DNA of 62,264 nt from a virus, in the IMG/VR virus record IMGVR_UViG_3300015078_000002, positions 1-62,264 of that record; one strand, written 5' to 3'. The position numbers and the translations under genes are program-made. The notes below the pieces were generated by a model. That model was not told the DNA's origin, ran no database searches, and saw nothing but the letters and a program-made list of their open reading frames with translations. How positions within the stretch are numbered: position 1 is the stretch's first letter; each line of letters opens with the position of its first letter. Positions 43,411 through 51,671 of the stretch are shown in pieces.

Positions 43411-43559
43411 GGCGTGCCGGTTCCTCCATGGGTCGGCGTTCCGATCGTGCCGATGATGTTCGGCCGGTCGCCAGCGACCGGCGCGCCCGGAACTCGACGG
43501 CTCGCCTGGTTAACCGCGCATGCGGTCAGAGCTAACACAAGTGCCAGAATGATCTTCAT
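43407..43559 (-). CDS. Small lipoprotein (50 aa)
   Basis: MKIILALVLALTAC (lipobox), then a Pro/Gly-rich tail. GAGGAA SD. ATGA overlap with the next gene. Below the ORF-track cut-off. Confidence 0.55.
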   Translation of the reverse strand: MKIILALVLALTACAVNQASRRVPGAPVAGDRPNIIGTIGTPTHGGTGTP

Positions 43560-43598
43560 GTTGAAGTTCCTCGCCGCGTGGCTGCGACATGGTCCTCA

Positions 43599-43627
43599 TG
43601 TTATTCCTGCACAGTAAACTCGGTCAA
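43599..43627 (-). promoter_or_regulatory. Sigma70-like promoter candidate for the lipoprotein cluster
   Basis: TTGACC (43627-43622), 17 nt, ATAACA (43604-43599). GTTTAC (43619-43614) in the spacer. A leader of about 40 nt precedes ATG 43559. Confidence 0.45.
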
Positions 43628-43663
43628 CAGATCGGCATGCCGCGAAGTGATGCACTATCTCCT

Positions 43664-43999
43664 TCACGACGCCTCCCTCTGCTCGTCACCGAGCCGGTCG
43701 CAGTAGTCCTCGTACGCTGCCTCGGCGTCATCGCGAGCGGCTTCCAGCGCCATGTCCTCGATTTCCTGCTCGGCCCGGGCCATCGAGATCCCGCGCTCGG
43801 CCGCGTAGCCGAGGATCACGGTGACGGTGCGCTCAACGTCGGTCACGCCGACGCTGAACTCCACCGTGGCTGACCGCGCCAGATCCGCGTAGCCGCTGTC
43901 ACCCGGATCGTGGCGGGTCGCCGCGGTCGGCGGGCTATAAGAGCGCAGCGGGATCGTGTAGTAGGCGTCACCGACGGTGAGCGTTACAACGGCGGTCAC
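43664..43999 (-). CDS. Hypothetical protein (111 aa)
   Basis: GTG 43999 in a GTGA overlap. TAVVTLTVGDAYYTIPLRSYSPPTAATRHDPGDSGY... Confidence 0.6.
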   Translation of the reverse strand: MTAVVTLTVGDAYYTIPLRSYSPPTAATRHDPGDSGYADLARSATVEFSVGVTDVERTVTVILGYAAERGISMARAEQEIEDMALEAARDDAEAAYEDYCDRLGDEQREAS

Positions 44000-44151
44000 G
44001 AACGCACCGCCGTGATCTCGGCAAGAACGTCGCCGTGCCAGACTTGGACGTCACCGCCGTCAAACCACGTCAGTCGACCGTCGGCGTGCAGCACGACGAG
44101 GCCGCGGTAACAGGTCGTGTGCGGTCCTCGGTTGTTGAGACGGGCGATCAC
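43996..44151 (-). CDS. Small hypothetical protein (51 aa)
   Basis: GTG 44151. IARLNNRGPHTTCYRGLVVLHADGRLTWFDGGDVQVWHGDVLAEITAVRS. GTGA overlaps at both ends. Confidence 0.5.
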   Translation of the reverse strand: MIARLNNRGPHTTCYRGLVVLHADGRLTWFDGGDVQVWHGDVLAEITAVRS

Positions 44152-44405
44152 GAGCGCACCACCTGTGCCAGCTGTTGCTCAAGCGCGTGCTGCAGCTTGA
44201 CGCTCAGCCCAGCCTGGTCGGCGCACAGCACCGCGAGCGCGGCCCACTCCGTCTCGGTCAGCGCCGGCAGACCAGCGAAGACCGACTTGGCGACCTTCTT
44301 GGCGCACTCGGGGTGCTGGCCGGCGTCGTCGGTCTCGGACGCGTGGGCGGGCAGCGAGCAAACGGGGCAAAGGTCGAGAGCGACTGGGGTGTGGTTCGTG
44401 TCCAT
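44148..44405 (-). CDS. Hypothetical protein (85 aa)
   Basis: ATG 44405, MDTNHTPVALDLCPVCSLPAHASETDDAGQHPECAKK... First gene after a promoter candidate. Confidence 0.6.
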   Translation of the reverse strand: MDTNHTPVALDLCPVCSLPAHASETDDAGQHPECAKKVAKSVFAGLPALTETEWAALAVLCADQAGLSVKLQHALEQQLAQVVRS

Positions 44406-44411
44406 GTGATT

Positions 44412-44440
44412 ACTCTAGTGCAGTAAACCGGTCGTGTCAA
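44412..44440 (-). promoter_or_regulatory. Sigma70-like promoter candidate (leaderless geometry)
   Basis: TTGACA (44440-44435, overlapping the terL TGA), 17 nt, TAGAGT (44417-44412), 6 nt, ATG 44405. GTTTAC in the spacer. Confidence 0.55.
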
Positions 44441-45996
44441 CCGAACGGGTTACGATTCTTCAAGGCACCGAATTGACTGCGCTTTACGTCCCATAGCTCG
44501 TTGAACCCGTGTGCGAGCGCGTCTATCTCGTCGTCCTCGAGATCCCCCACGCCCGTGAACTTGTCGGCCTCCCATAGAAGCTCGTCTGCCCAGGTGACGT
44601 TGCTCGCCACGCCCGCGCGAAGCTTGCGCTGCGCCCGCATGCCGGTGACCTCGTTGCGGGGCAGCATGAATCGCCCCTGGCGCCCGTCGGGCCACGCCGC
44701 TTGCGCGTCCCACCACAGCTCGCTGTCGAGCGGGACGAGCACGCGCCCCGTATTCCACGCCGCGGCGAGCCCCTGCGCCCGGGTGAACTTGTCGCCCTTC
44801 GGCTTGATCGGCCGGATGCGAAGCCGCGGCTCGATCTCCTTCAAGATCTGTGGCACCGCCTTGAACCCGCCCACGCTCTCGATCGCGACCGGCGCCGTGC
44901 CGCCCCAGTGCCGCATCGCGATCTCGTAGAGCTTGCGCGCGACCGCCGGAACCGTGACGTGATCGCGCCAGCCGAACAGCACCCAGATCACCATGTCCGC
45001 GCCGTAGCCCTTGGCGGCGAGCACGAACGCGGCGCTGAAGTCGGCGCGGTTGTCGTCGGTCGCCGCGGGGTCGCAGCAGATCAGGATGCGGTGCCCGTCG
45101 GGTCGCCAGTCGGCGAGCGAGAACCGCGCGGGGTCGCCGAAGATGTCCGCGCCCTTGGGCCGCGGGCGTTGCTGGTAGAGCGACGCCCAACTGTAGGGTC
45201 CGATCGACTCCTCGATCTTGCGCAGCTCGTCGGCGGAATACTGCTCGGGCCATAGCGCCTCGCCGATCTGCCGGCCGAGGATGTCGTCTTCGTCCTCGCA
45301 GATCGCCTTGAGCTTGACCTCCTCGAACTGGTAGCCCCTGAACTTGCCTTGCAGCAGACGGCCGATGAGATCGTCGTCGTGCCAGCGCGTGAACTGCGCG
45401 ATCACCGAGGCGCCAATGCGCGTGGCCGATCCCGGATGGCACCGAGGCCACAAGACGTCGGTGAACCACTCCCATACGTTCTCGCGGACCTTCTTTGACT
45501 CGGCGTCCTTGCGGTCCGAATAGAGGTCATCGATCAGCGCGACGCCGTTGATCGGCTGGCCGGTCCACTGACCCTTGTAGCCGTGCGCGAGCAGCCCGCC
45601 GCCTTGAGTGGTCTGCCACTCGTGGAGCGCGCTCGAGCCGCGAGGGAGCGACACGCCGCCCGCGATTGCCATGCGCCGGCAGATGCGCGACTTGCTCGCC
45701 GCGAGATCATCGGCGTACGTCGCGTAGCCATGGGAGAGCACGGGATCGCGCGACATCCGCCACGCCAAGCCGTGCAATCCCGTCGTGCTCTTGCCGTTTT
45801 GCGGAGGGAGCTCGACGACAGCGAACACGCGCTCGTATCGAGTCCGCTCCCACAGCGCGCCGACAGGCTTCAGGTGCCGCGGCAGCTGCTGATACGGCGA
45901 TACCCGGTGAATGAACTCGTCGAGGCTCTCGCCCCCGTTCTGCGACCTCAGGAGCGTCGCCAGCCTCGCCTCCTCCGACGAGGTCCAGCCTTCCAC
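44437..45996 (-). CDS. terL: Terminase large subunit
   Basis: GTG 45996. Walker A ELPPQNGKSTT, ...ALIDDLYSD..., C-terminal nuclease-type segment ...ILICCDPAATDDNRADFSA... 519 aa. Confidence 0.85.
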   Translation of the reverse strand: MEGWTSSEEARLATLLRSQNGGESLDEFIHRVSPYQQLPRHLKPVGALWERTRYERVFAVVELPPQNGKSTTGLHGLAWRMSRDPVLSHGYATYADDLAASKSRICRRMAIAGGVSLPRGSSALHEWQTTQGGGLLAHGYKGQWTGQPINGVALIDDLYSDRKDAESKKVRENVWEWFTDVLWPRCHPGSATRIGASVIAQFTRWHDDDLIGRLLQGKFRGYQFEEVKLKAICEDEDDILGRQIGEALWPEQYSADELRKIEESIGPYSWASLYQQRPRPKGADIFGDPARFSLADWRPDGHRILICCDPAATDDNRADFSAAFVLAAKGYGADMVIWVLFGWRDHVTVPAVARKLYEIAMRHWGGTAPVAIESVGGFKAVPQILKEIEPRLRIRPIKPKGDKFTRAQGLAAAWNTGRVLVPLDSELWWDAQAAWPDGRQGRFMLPRNEVTGMRAQRKLRAGVASNVTWADELLWEADKFTGVGDLEDDEIDALAHGFNELWDVKRSQFGALKNRNPFG

Positions 45997-45997
45997 G

Positions 45998-46588
45998 CTA
46001 CGCCGATCCGCGAGGCCTTGTTCCGATGTCCGCTGGGATCTCGACGTCGCTCGTCATCGTGACCGCAGGCCCGACTGCGGTGCGGTGACATATCTCGATC
46101 AGAATGTGCTCGGGGTCGAGCGCGTCACGCGAGCATGTGACCCGCACGTCGAGCACATCGGGATCGATCGCGCTCAGCGCGGTCTTCAGCTCTGCTTGCA
46201 TGCTCTCGAGCTCGCTCGCCGGCCCGGGCACGTAGCGGTCCATCACAGCGTGCAGCAGGTCCTCCATCGTCACGCCCTCGCCGCGCGCCGCGGCGCGTCC
46301 AACCAAAGCCTCCCACCGGGCCACCGGTCGCGGGACCCAGATCGATGCCGCCATGCTGTCGCCGCGGTACTCGAGCACGTGAGCGTGGTGCGCGTCGTCG
46401 ACCATGAGCTGGCCGATCACCTCCCACACCGTCATCTGGCCCATCACGAACAGCGTGACCAGCCACGCCTCGCGCTCGAGCCCGTGGAGCCGGTCGCAGC
46501 CGTCGCAGAGCGCGCAGCGGCGCAGGTGGGCGCGCATCCCCGACTGCAGGACGCCGCAGCAACGGCAGCGTGCGTTGGCGTTCGTCAC
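45998..46588 (-). CDS. Hypothetical Cys-cluster protein (196 aa)
   Basis: GTG 46588 in a GTGA overlap. TNANARCRCCGVLQSGMRAHLRRCALCDGCDRLHG... is Zn-finger-like. Ends 1 nt before terL. Confidence 0.55.
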   Translation of the reverse strand: MTNANARCRCCGVLQSGMRAHLRRCALCDGCDRLHGLEREAWLVTLFVMGQMTVWEVIGQLMVDDAHHAHVLEYRGDSMAASIWVPRPVARWEALVGRAAARGEGVTMEDLLHAVMDRYVPGPASELESMQAELKTALSAIDPDVLDVRVTCSRDALDPEHILIEICHRTAVGPAVTMTSDVEIPADIGTRPRGSA

Positions 46589-46890
46589 AGGCCGTCGATC
46601 CACGCGGCCACCGTCGCCGCATCGGCCGCCGAGAAGAACGCGATCCCGTGGTGGTCGCCCTTGGTGACGAGAGCGTTCGTCGCGCCGGGCTTGACCTTGT
46701 ACTGAGGCTGCAGCGCGGCGAACGAGGTCAGCGTGGGCTGCTCGTTCATTGGGTCGCCGTGGTGGCATGGCAGGCAGCGGACGACCAGCGGCGCGATGAC
46801 GGCATCGAACATCGGATCGCGCACAACGGCGTCGAGCGGCGCGACCTCGCCGACGGAGCACGCGGCGAGCAGAAGGATTAACAACCTCAT
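46585..46890 (-). CDS. Lipoprotein with CxxCH haem-binding-type motif (PSCyt1-like)
   Basis: MRLLILLLAAC (lipobox). CLPCH is encoded at 46776-46762 (TGC CTG CCA TGC CAC). The surrounding ...VIAPLVVRCLPCHHGD... resembles the planctomycete cytochrome c domain. Confidence 0.55.
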   Translation of the reverse strand: MRLLILLLAACSVGEVAPLDAVVRDPMFDAVIAPLVVRCLPCHHGDPMNEQPTLTSFAALQPQYKVKPGATNALVTKGDHHGIAFFSAADAATVAAWIDGL

Positions 46891-47150
46891 TTCTTCTCCG
46901 GTAGCAGTTGCCTGAGCGTTAGCCCAGCGCGTTCTCGGTCCTCGAACTCGCGCAAGCGAGCGGCCGCAACATCTGCGCCGAGTCTGGCTAGCAGCACCTG
47001 AATTCGTGGGTTCTCTGCGGCGTGACTCGGACACAGCCACGAGCCGTCGACGGTGCACCAGCCCCCGCCACTCTGCGCGATGCGCAGCACGTCATCGATC
47101 GACGCGAGGCAACCCGGAACCGTGCAGGTAGTTACGCTCAATTCGCCCAC
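46887..47150 (-). CDS. Hypothetical Cys/His protein (87 aa)
   Basis: GTG 47150. GELSVTTCTVPGCLASIDDVLRIAQSGGGWCTVDGSWLCPSHAAENP... The track ORF start at 47267 was rejected because its N-terminal third has poor GC3. Confidence 0.45.
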   Translation of the reverse strand: MGELSVTTCTVPGCLASIDDVLRIAQSGGGWCTVDGSWLCPSHAAENPRIQVLLARLGADVAAARLREFEDRERAGLTLRQLLPEKK

Positions 47151-47269
47151 CGTTTCTCCACAGGCTTCACGATCGCCCACAGGTCCGGCCTGATATGACG
47201 GATCTGCACATGGCCCCGCTTGACGCGGCACGCGTCGCACGGGCGCTGAGGTCGACAGAAACGGCACAT
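47141..47269 (-). CDS. Small Zn-ribbon protein (42 aa)
   Basis: ATG 47269. MCRFCRPQRPCDACRVKRGHVQIRHIRPDLWAIVKPVEKRWAN. Two CxxC pairs, high GC3. Alternative frame to the track ORF. Confidence 0.45.
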
Positions 47270-47270
47270 G

Positions 47271-47786
47271 TTAGTTCCCCTGTCCGCTGCCCTTTCGCAG
47301 CTGGTCTTCGCGTTTGGCGAGGAGCGTCTTGATCTCGGCTTCGCGCTCGGCCGGCGTCATCGAGGCTGGGTCGAGCACTCCCTCGTGGCGGACCGCGATC
47401 GGTGCGGCCAGCCCGTCGAGCGCGATCGACAGCTTCGCGATCTTGGTGCACTCCGCGAGCGCCATCGAGCGCGCCACGGCGCTCTTGCTCTCGTCGGTGG
47501 CATGCTTGTAGGCCGTCAGGTACAGCTTCTCGAGCCGGGCCCGCATCATGTCTTTGCGAGCCGGCCGAAGCTCTTGCTCCTCGGAGGCCCATCGCCGGTT
47601 GACCTCGTTGCGCCACGCGTGCGCCGTCGACGCCGATTCGGTGCGCCCCTCGTCGGCGAGGATGTCCAGGATCTTGTCCCACGCGTAGCCCGAGACGATA
47701 AGGTCTTCCACGCGCGCGATATTGTTTCGCGTGACGTAGGCGGGCGGCGGGCCCTTCCATTCGCGGGTCTTTGGTTCGTCCGACAT
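47271..47786 (-). CDS. Terminase small subunit candidate
   Basis: 171 aa, basic and helical. First sizeable gene of the packaging block, but separated from terL by four small genes. Assigned by position only. Confidence 0.3.
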   Translation of the reverse strand: MSDEPKTREWKGPPPAYVTRNNIARVEDLIVSGYAWDKILDILADEGRTESASTAHAWRNEVNRRWASEEQELRPARKDMMRARLEKLYLTAYKHATDESKSAVARSMALAECTKIAKLSIALDGLAAPIAVRHEGVLDPASMTPAEREAEIKTLLAKREDQLRKGSGQGN

Positions 47787-47799
47787 GACCCCTACGAGG

Positions 47800-48021
47800 T
47801 TACCCTACCGTCGGTCCGGTGTCACCCGGGTTTACAGCAGGGGCGGCATCGGGCAGCAGCTCGCGCACCGCCTCGACTACTGCGGCGCGCGCGTCGTGCA
47901 TTGCTCGGATGGCCAGCCGTTTGGTCCTACCCGACGCCGGTGGCACTACCGAGCACCAATCGCCCACGCGCTCGGCCGCCGACGCATACGCGTCGATGAG
48001 GTGCATGAACTCGCGCGCGGT
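47800..48021 (-). CDS. Hypothetical protein (73 aa; start TTG 48021 or ATG 48006)
   Basis: ...MHLIDAYASAAERVGDWCSVVPPASGRTKRLAIRAMHDARAAVVEAV... TTGA overlap with the upstream stop. Confidence 0.5.
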   Translation of the reverse strand, partial: TAREFMHLIDAYASAAERVGDWCSVVPPASGRTKRLAIRAMHDARAAVVEAVRELLPDAAPAVNPGDTGPTVG

Positions 48022-48170
48022 CAATGGCCCTTGATCCTCGCGACGAGCACCTCGAGCAGCTTGGCTTCGTCGTCGCTGCCCTTCTTGGCGCAGCCGTAGG
48101 CCCACGCGACGCGCTTCAGGCTGTAGCTGTCAGGATTCGCCAGCACGGCAGCAGCTACGGCGTGCGTCAT
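48021..48170 (-). CDS. Small hypothetical protein (49 aa)
   Basis: ATG 48170 in an ATGA overlap. MTHAVAAAVLANPDSYSLKRVAWAYGCAKKGSDDEAKLLEVLVARIKGH. Confidence 0.5.
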   Translation of the reverse strand: MTHAVAAAVLANPDSYSLKRVAWAYGCAKKGSDDEAKLLEVLVARIKGH

Positions 48171-48682
48171 GATTCCAGCCCCGCCCGCTCGAGCGCAGCG
48201 GCGATGTCAGGGGTGATCGCGGCGCGGGCGGTGTCGACGGCGTTCTCAAGCTGCCTATGTGGACCGTCGCTGCCGTCTCCGTCGTGCCATTCGCATGCCG
48301 CCCGGTACACCGGTAGGATGGCGCGGAGGGCGGCGAGAATGGCCACGTTTCCGCCGCTGAGCGTAATCGTCTCGCGCGTCGCTGCCTTCAGGGCTTGGTC
48401 CGCTCTATCCAGCGCGGCGAGATTGGTATCGCTATGGACGCCATCCAGCCAATCGCGCCCAGCCTCGTGGTAGAGGTCGATCAACGCGTCGCGCAGGGTT
48501 TCGATCTCTGCCTGCGCCGCCTCGAGCTGGTCGGCTAGATCCTGCCCGTACGACAGCCACCAAATCACCTCGTCGCACCGTCGACAGTCTTCGCCCGCGT
48601 GCACGAGATGAGCGATCCCGGGATCCCGCTTCGCAGCTTCCGCGATCAACCGCGCCGCCTCGGTGGGCGAGTAGGCAGTCAT
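48167..48682 (-). CDS. Hypothetical protein (171 aa)
   Basis: ATG 48682 after GGAGGA. MTAYSPTEAARLIAEAAKRDPGIAHLVHAGEDCRRCDEVIWWLSYG... Confidence 0.65.
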   Translation of the reverse strand: MTAYSPTEAARLIAEAAKRDPGIAHLVHAGEDCRRCDEVIWWLSYGQDLADQLEAAQAEIETLRDALIDLYHEAGRDWLDGVHSDTNLAALDRADQALKAATRETITLSGGNVAILAALRAILPVYRAACEWHDGDGSDGPHRQLENAVDTARAAITPDIAAALERAGLES

Positions 48683-48975
48683 CGATCCTCCAAGAGCGCG
48701 TCCGGCAACTGATCGATGTCGTGGTCGGGGTTGCCGCCGGTCTCGATGCTGGTGTCGATCGGGTCGAGCCCGCGCAGCTCGCGATCCCGGTCGCGGCGAC
48801 TCTCGGCGCTGGCGCTCATCCGATTGCGCGTGCGGATCGACACCAGCTTGCGGGCGCGGGTCTTCATGGCTCGCACGCGACGTACGATCAACGCGCGGCG
48901 CTGGTTGCGGATGCGGGTGACGTCGCTCGAGTAGCCCACGAACCCCGCGCCGTCGCCGAACCGGATCGCACTCAC
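48679..48975 (-). CDS. Basic hypothetical protein (98 aa)
   Basis: GTG 48975 in a GTGA overlap. SAIRFGDGAGFVGYSSDVTRIRNQRRALIVRRVRAMKTRARK... Confidence 0.5.
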   Translation of the reverse strand: MSAIRFGDGAGFVGYSSDVTRIRNQRRALIVRRVRAMKTRARKLVSIRTRNRMSASAESRRDRDRELRGLDPIDTSIETGGNPDHDIDQLPDALLEDR

Positions 48976-49226
48976 GAGGTCCCGTCCGTTTCGATTCGGT
49001 CCGCGAGCGCTCGCGCCTCGTCCGCGTCGAGCACCCTGCCCATCCATGGCTCGAGCGAGAACGTGAGATCGTCGGTGGCATAGCTGGACTCCATGCCCTG
49101 CACCTCGCCGTACTCGCGCACCCCGGCTCGGTTTATCGCTGTCAGGAGGTCAGGGGCGTCGACGATTACGATCCCGAGGAATTGCTGGTCCAGCTTGCCG
49201 GTGTACGAGAGCCACCAGGTTCCCAT
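48972..49226 (-). CDS. Hypothetical protein (84 aa)
   Basis: ATG 49226 after AAGGAG. MGTWWLSYTGKLDQQFLGIVIVDAPDLLTAINRAGVREYG... Confidence 0.6.
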   Translation of the reverse strand: MGTWWLSYTGKLDQQFLGIVIVDAPDLLTAINRAGVREYGEVQGMESSYATDDLTFSLEPWMGRVLDADEARALADRIETDGTS

Positions 49227-49765
49227 CACTCCTTGCCCCCGAGCCGCTTGTATTCGGCCAGCGCGCGCGACGCCTGCGCCATGAGGTGTGCCGTGTGAGC
49301 CGGCGCGTTGCCGGTTAGCTGCGCGCCGCGAAGCACCGTGGCCATCTGGTCGGCCAGCATCTTCCACCGGCCCAGCTTGCTCGGCGCGATCCCGCTGTCG
49401 GGGTCGAGCGGCCTGGCGCGCCCCGTGGCCTCCCATACGACGGCCTTGCGGGGTCCGACCCTGCAGCGTCGCAGCCCGACCTCGCGAATCAGGCCGCGCG
49501 ACTGGAGCTCGGTGAACCGACCGCGCCACGCGTTCGCGTTGGTGACATCGGGAATCGCCTTGAGGATCTCGCCACTGGTCGCCGGTCCGTGGTCGATCAG
49601 GGCGGCGAGTACCAGCATCTGTTTGCCGACCAGCAAGCCGTCTGCCACGAGCGCATCGAACACTTTGAGGAGATAGCGTTGGCGCGGTGAGTAGCACCCA
49701 CCGTTGAGGATTGGCGCTGGGTGACCGTTCGCCTCGGTGTCCGCGTTGCTCTGATCGGTCGGCAT
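49226..49765 (-). CDS. Winged-helix DNA-binding protein (179 aa)
   Basis: ...QMLVLAALIDHGPATSGEILKAIPDVTNANAWRGRFTELQSRGLIREVG... is MarR-like. ATG 49765 abuts a GTAAAC box (49771-49766). Confidence 0.5.
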   Translation of the reverse strand: MPTDQSNADTEANGHPAPILNGGCYSPRQRYLLKVFDALVADGLLVGKQMLVLAALIDHGPATSGEILKAIPDVTNANAWRGRFTELQSRGLIREVGLRRCRVGPRKAVVWEATGRARPLDPDSGIAPSKLGRWKMLADQMATVLRGAQLTGNAPAHTAHLMAQASRALAEYKRLGGKE

Positions 49766-49786
49766 GTTTACTGTCCGAGGATATAC

Positions 49787-49957
49787 TCAGCGCTTTGGCT
49801 CGTCAACCGGCTCGTGCATGCTCTTGAGTCCTTCGCGCCAGCACGTCGAGCACAGCGCCCACCCGCCCACCATCGTGAACATGTACATCGTGCGTTTACC
49901 GCAGTGGTCGCAGGTTAGGGTCGGGGCGCGATCCAGCGCTGATGTCCGTTGCGGCAT
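49787..49957 (-). CDS. Small Zn-ribbon protein (56 aa)
   Basis: MPQRTSALDRAPTLTCDHCGKRTMYMFTMVGGWALCSTCWREG... (CxxC...CxxC). Overlaps the upstream gene end by 43 nt. Start uncertain. Confidence 0.45.
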   Translation of the reverse strand: MPQRTSALDRAPTLTCDHCGKRTMYMFTMVGGWALCSTCWREGLKSMHEPVDEPKR

Positions 49958-50706
49958 CGCACGATTCCAGCATCGTACTGTGACACGCCAGACCCGCACT
50001 GTGGGCAGAGCCCCAGCTCGACGAGATCCGCGATCGGTCGGAACCCCCCGGATGCCAGCGCCGTCTCGCGAGCCTCGCGGAGCGCGCACTCGGGGTCTGC
50101 TTCAACTTCGACCGCCGGAATCCCGTCGATCTCCGGGGTGACCGGCTCGGCGACCGCCGCCAGCATCTCGCGCCCGATCGTCAGGTACACGCCGCTGGGG
50201 TCGATGCGCAGCCCGTGCAGCATCTCGCAGTCGTCGATCCCTTTGGCAATGCACAGCGCCAACGCCTCGACGATGTCAGTCTCGTGCGAGACGGCCATGC
50301 GCACGACGGCCGCGAGCCGACCCATCGCGGCGAGCGGGATCACGTCGGGGCGCCGCGTGAACTCGCGAGCGAGCTCGAGAATCGGCGCGATCGACATCCC
50401 GTGGATGTACGCGAGGATCGACGCGAAACACATCACCTTGCCTAGCGCTTCGACCGCCCGCTCCGGGTCGTCACCTTCGAACGTCTGCCCGAGATGCTCG
50501 ATCACCGCGAGCGCCGCATCCGATGTGTCCCACACGTCGAGCTCGTCGAGGTGGAACAGGTTGATTTGGATCGCGTTGCACCCGGCCGCGGTCGCGTCCC
50601 ATGTCGCGTCCTGTTCTGGTCTGGGCTTGAGCGCCCGCTCGGTCGTCATCTTGACCAAGACGCGCCGTTCTGCGGCGAGCCGCGCATCGTTGTCGATCTC
50701 CGTCAT
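49915..50706 (-). CDS. Hypothetical protein with C-terminal Zn ribbon (263 aa)
   Basis: ATG 50706 in an ATGA overlap. MTEIDNDARLAAERRVLVK... C-terminus LCPQCGSGVSQYDAGIVRCRNGH. Confidence 0.6.
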   Translation of the reverse strand: MTEIDNDARLAAERRVLVKMTTERALKPRPEQDATWDATAAGCNAIQINLFHLDELDVWDTSDAALAVIEHLGQTFEGDDPERAVEALGKVMCFASILAYIHGMSIAPILELAREFTRRPDVIPLAAMGRLAAVVRMAVSHETDIVEALALCIAKGIDDCEMLHGLRIDPSGVYLTIGREMLAAVAEPVTPEIDGIPAVEVEADPECALREARETALASGGFRPIADLVELGLCPQCGSGVSQYDAGIVRCRNGHQRWIAPRP

Positions 50707-51164
50707 GCTTTCTGCTCCTCGTGCTGTGGGATCTTGAATCCGATATCGTCGACGCTCCAGCTGGCCTTGCAGTAGGCGCACCAGATGCGGAGATGGCCTA
50801 GTCCATCGTCCATGGGTCCGGCAATGCCGCGGCCCGAACCGGGACACATCGGAAGCCGCGCCCTCGGCTGGTCTTCCTCGCGGATCTCGAACGTGATCTC
50901 AGCCAGCGACACCTTCTCGCCAGCGTCCTCAGCCTTTCTGATCAGGTCGCGCGTGCCCTCGATCTGCATCGCGAGGTAGCGACGAGCTCGAACGCGCGCG
51001 AACGGTGACAGCGCAACGAACCAGGCGCGGAGGTCCTTGTAGCCCTTCGTGCTCGTCAGGTTGACGCGCACCGTGTCCATCTTCGCCACGGGGTCATGGT
51101 CGGCGGCCACTCGAGCTTGCAGCTGCGCGAACTCGAGCAGCAAGCGCGACTCGGCATAGGTCAT
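50703..51164 (-). CDS. Hypothetical protein (153 aa)
   Basis: ATG 51164 after GGAG. MTYAESRLLLEFAQLQARVAADHDP... Contains CPGSG...WCAYC. Confidence 0.6.
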   Translation of the reverse strand: MTYAESRLLLEFAQLQARVAADHDPVAKMDTVRVNLTSTKGYKDLRAWFVALSPFARVRARRYLAMQIEGTRDLIRKAEDAGEKVSLAEITFEIREEDQPRARLPMCPGSGRGIAGPMDDGLGHLRIWCAYCKASWSVDDIGFKIPQHEEQKA

Positions 51165-51394
51165 GATGACTCCAGGCCGTCCCATCGATCGACGGCAGGA
51201 AGCACGACGACCGCGACGGGCGGTGAGGTATGGGTTGACGTGTAGGCGCCCCTGCGTCGACGACGTAACGCTATGAGCAGCGCCCTGGCTCGATGGATCG
51301 CACCCGTGTTGCGCGACACCGCCACATCAGGTGCGACGCTGGCCAGCGCGACGACAAGAAGCGAGGATGTGATCAGGTGACGAACCACGGTCAT
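51161..51394 (-). CDS. Small membrane/secreted protein (77 aa)
   Basis: ATGA overlaps at both ends. MTVVRHLITSSLLVVALASVAPDVAVS... Confidence 0.5.
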   Translation of the reverse strand: MTVVRHLITSSLLVVALASVAPDVAVSRNTGAIHRARALLIALRRRRRGAYTSTHTSPPVAVVVLPAVDRWDGLESS

Positions 51395-51660
51395 ACGGCA
51401 AGGTCCGCCAGCAGCTCGGTGGACCGCCGCCGCCCCAGCGCGGTCAGGGCGTACATCTTGCGCCGTGGGCGCCCGAGGTACTGCGGGGTTCCGTGCTCCC
51501 ACTTCCACGCGATCCATCGCTCGCCCTCGAGTCGGTCCAGGATCGGGTAGAGCGTCCCGGTCGCGATATCCGTCCTCGCCGACAACGCGTAGCCATATTG
51601 TCCGCCCTTGGCGCAGAGGAATTGGCGCAAGATCTTGAGCATCGGCATCGTCACTCTCAT
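51391..51660 (-). CDS. PadR-family transcriptional regulator
   Basis: ...LKILRQFLCAKGGQYGYALSARTDIATGTLYPILDRLEGERWIAWKWE... is the classic PadR wHTH signature. Confidence 0.75.
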   Translation of the reverse strand: MRVTMPMLKILRQFLCAKGGQYGYALSARTDIATGTLYPILDRLEGERWIAWKWEHGTPQYLGRPRRKMYALTALGRRRSTELLADLAV

Positions 51661-51671
51661 CCCGCCCCGAC

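Noticed and set aside
46887-47267. Single 126-aa ORF as given in the track
   Set aside because: Its first 40 codons have weak GC3. The alternative frame from ATG 47269 gives a 42-aa double-CxxC protein with strong GC3. The region was split into two genes, with moderate confidence.
47830-47835. Additional GTTTAC/GTAAAC hexamers (for example 47830, 41311, 24568, 36263) as motif copies
   Set aside because: They lie inside coding sequence, lack the GTAGC partner at the 6-nt spacing, and are not next to a start codon. They are consistent with chance occurrences.
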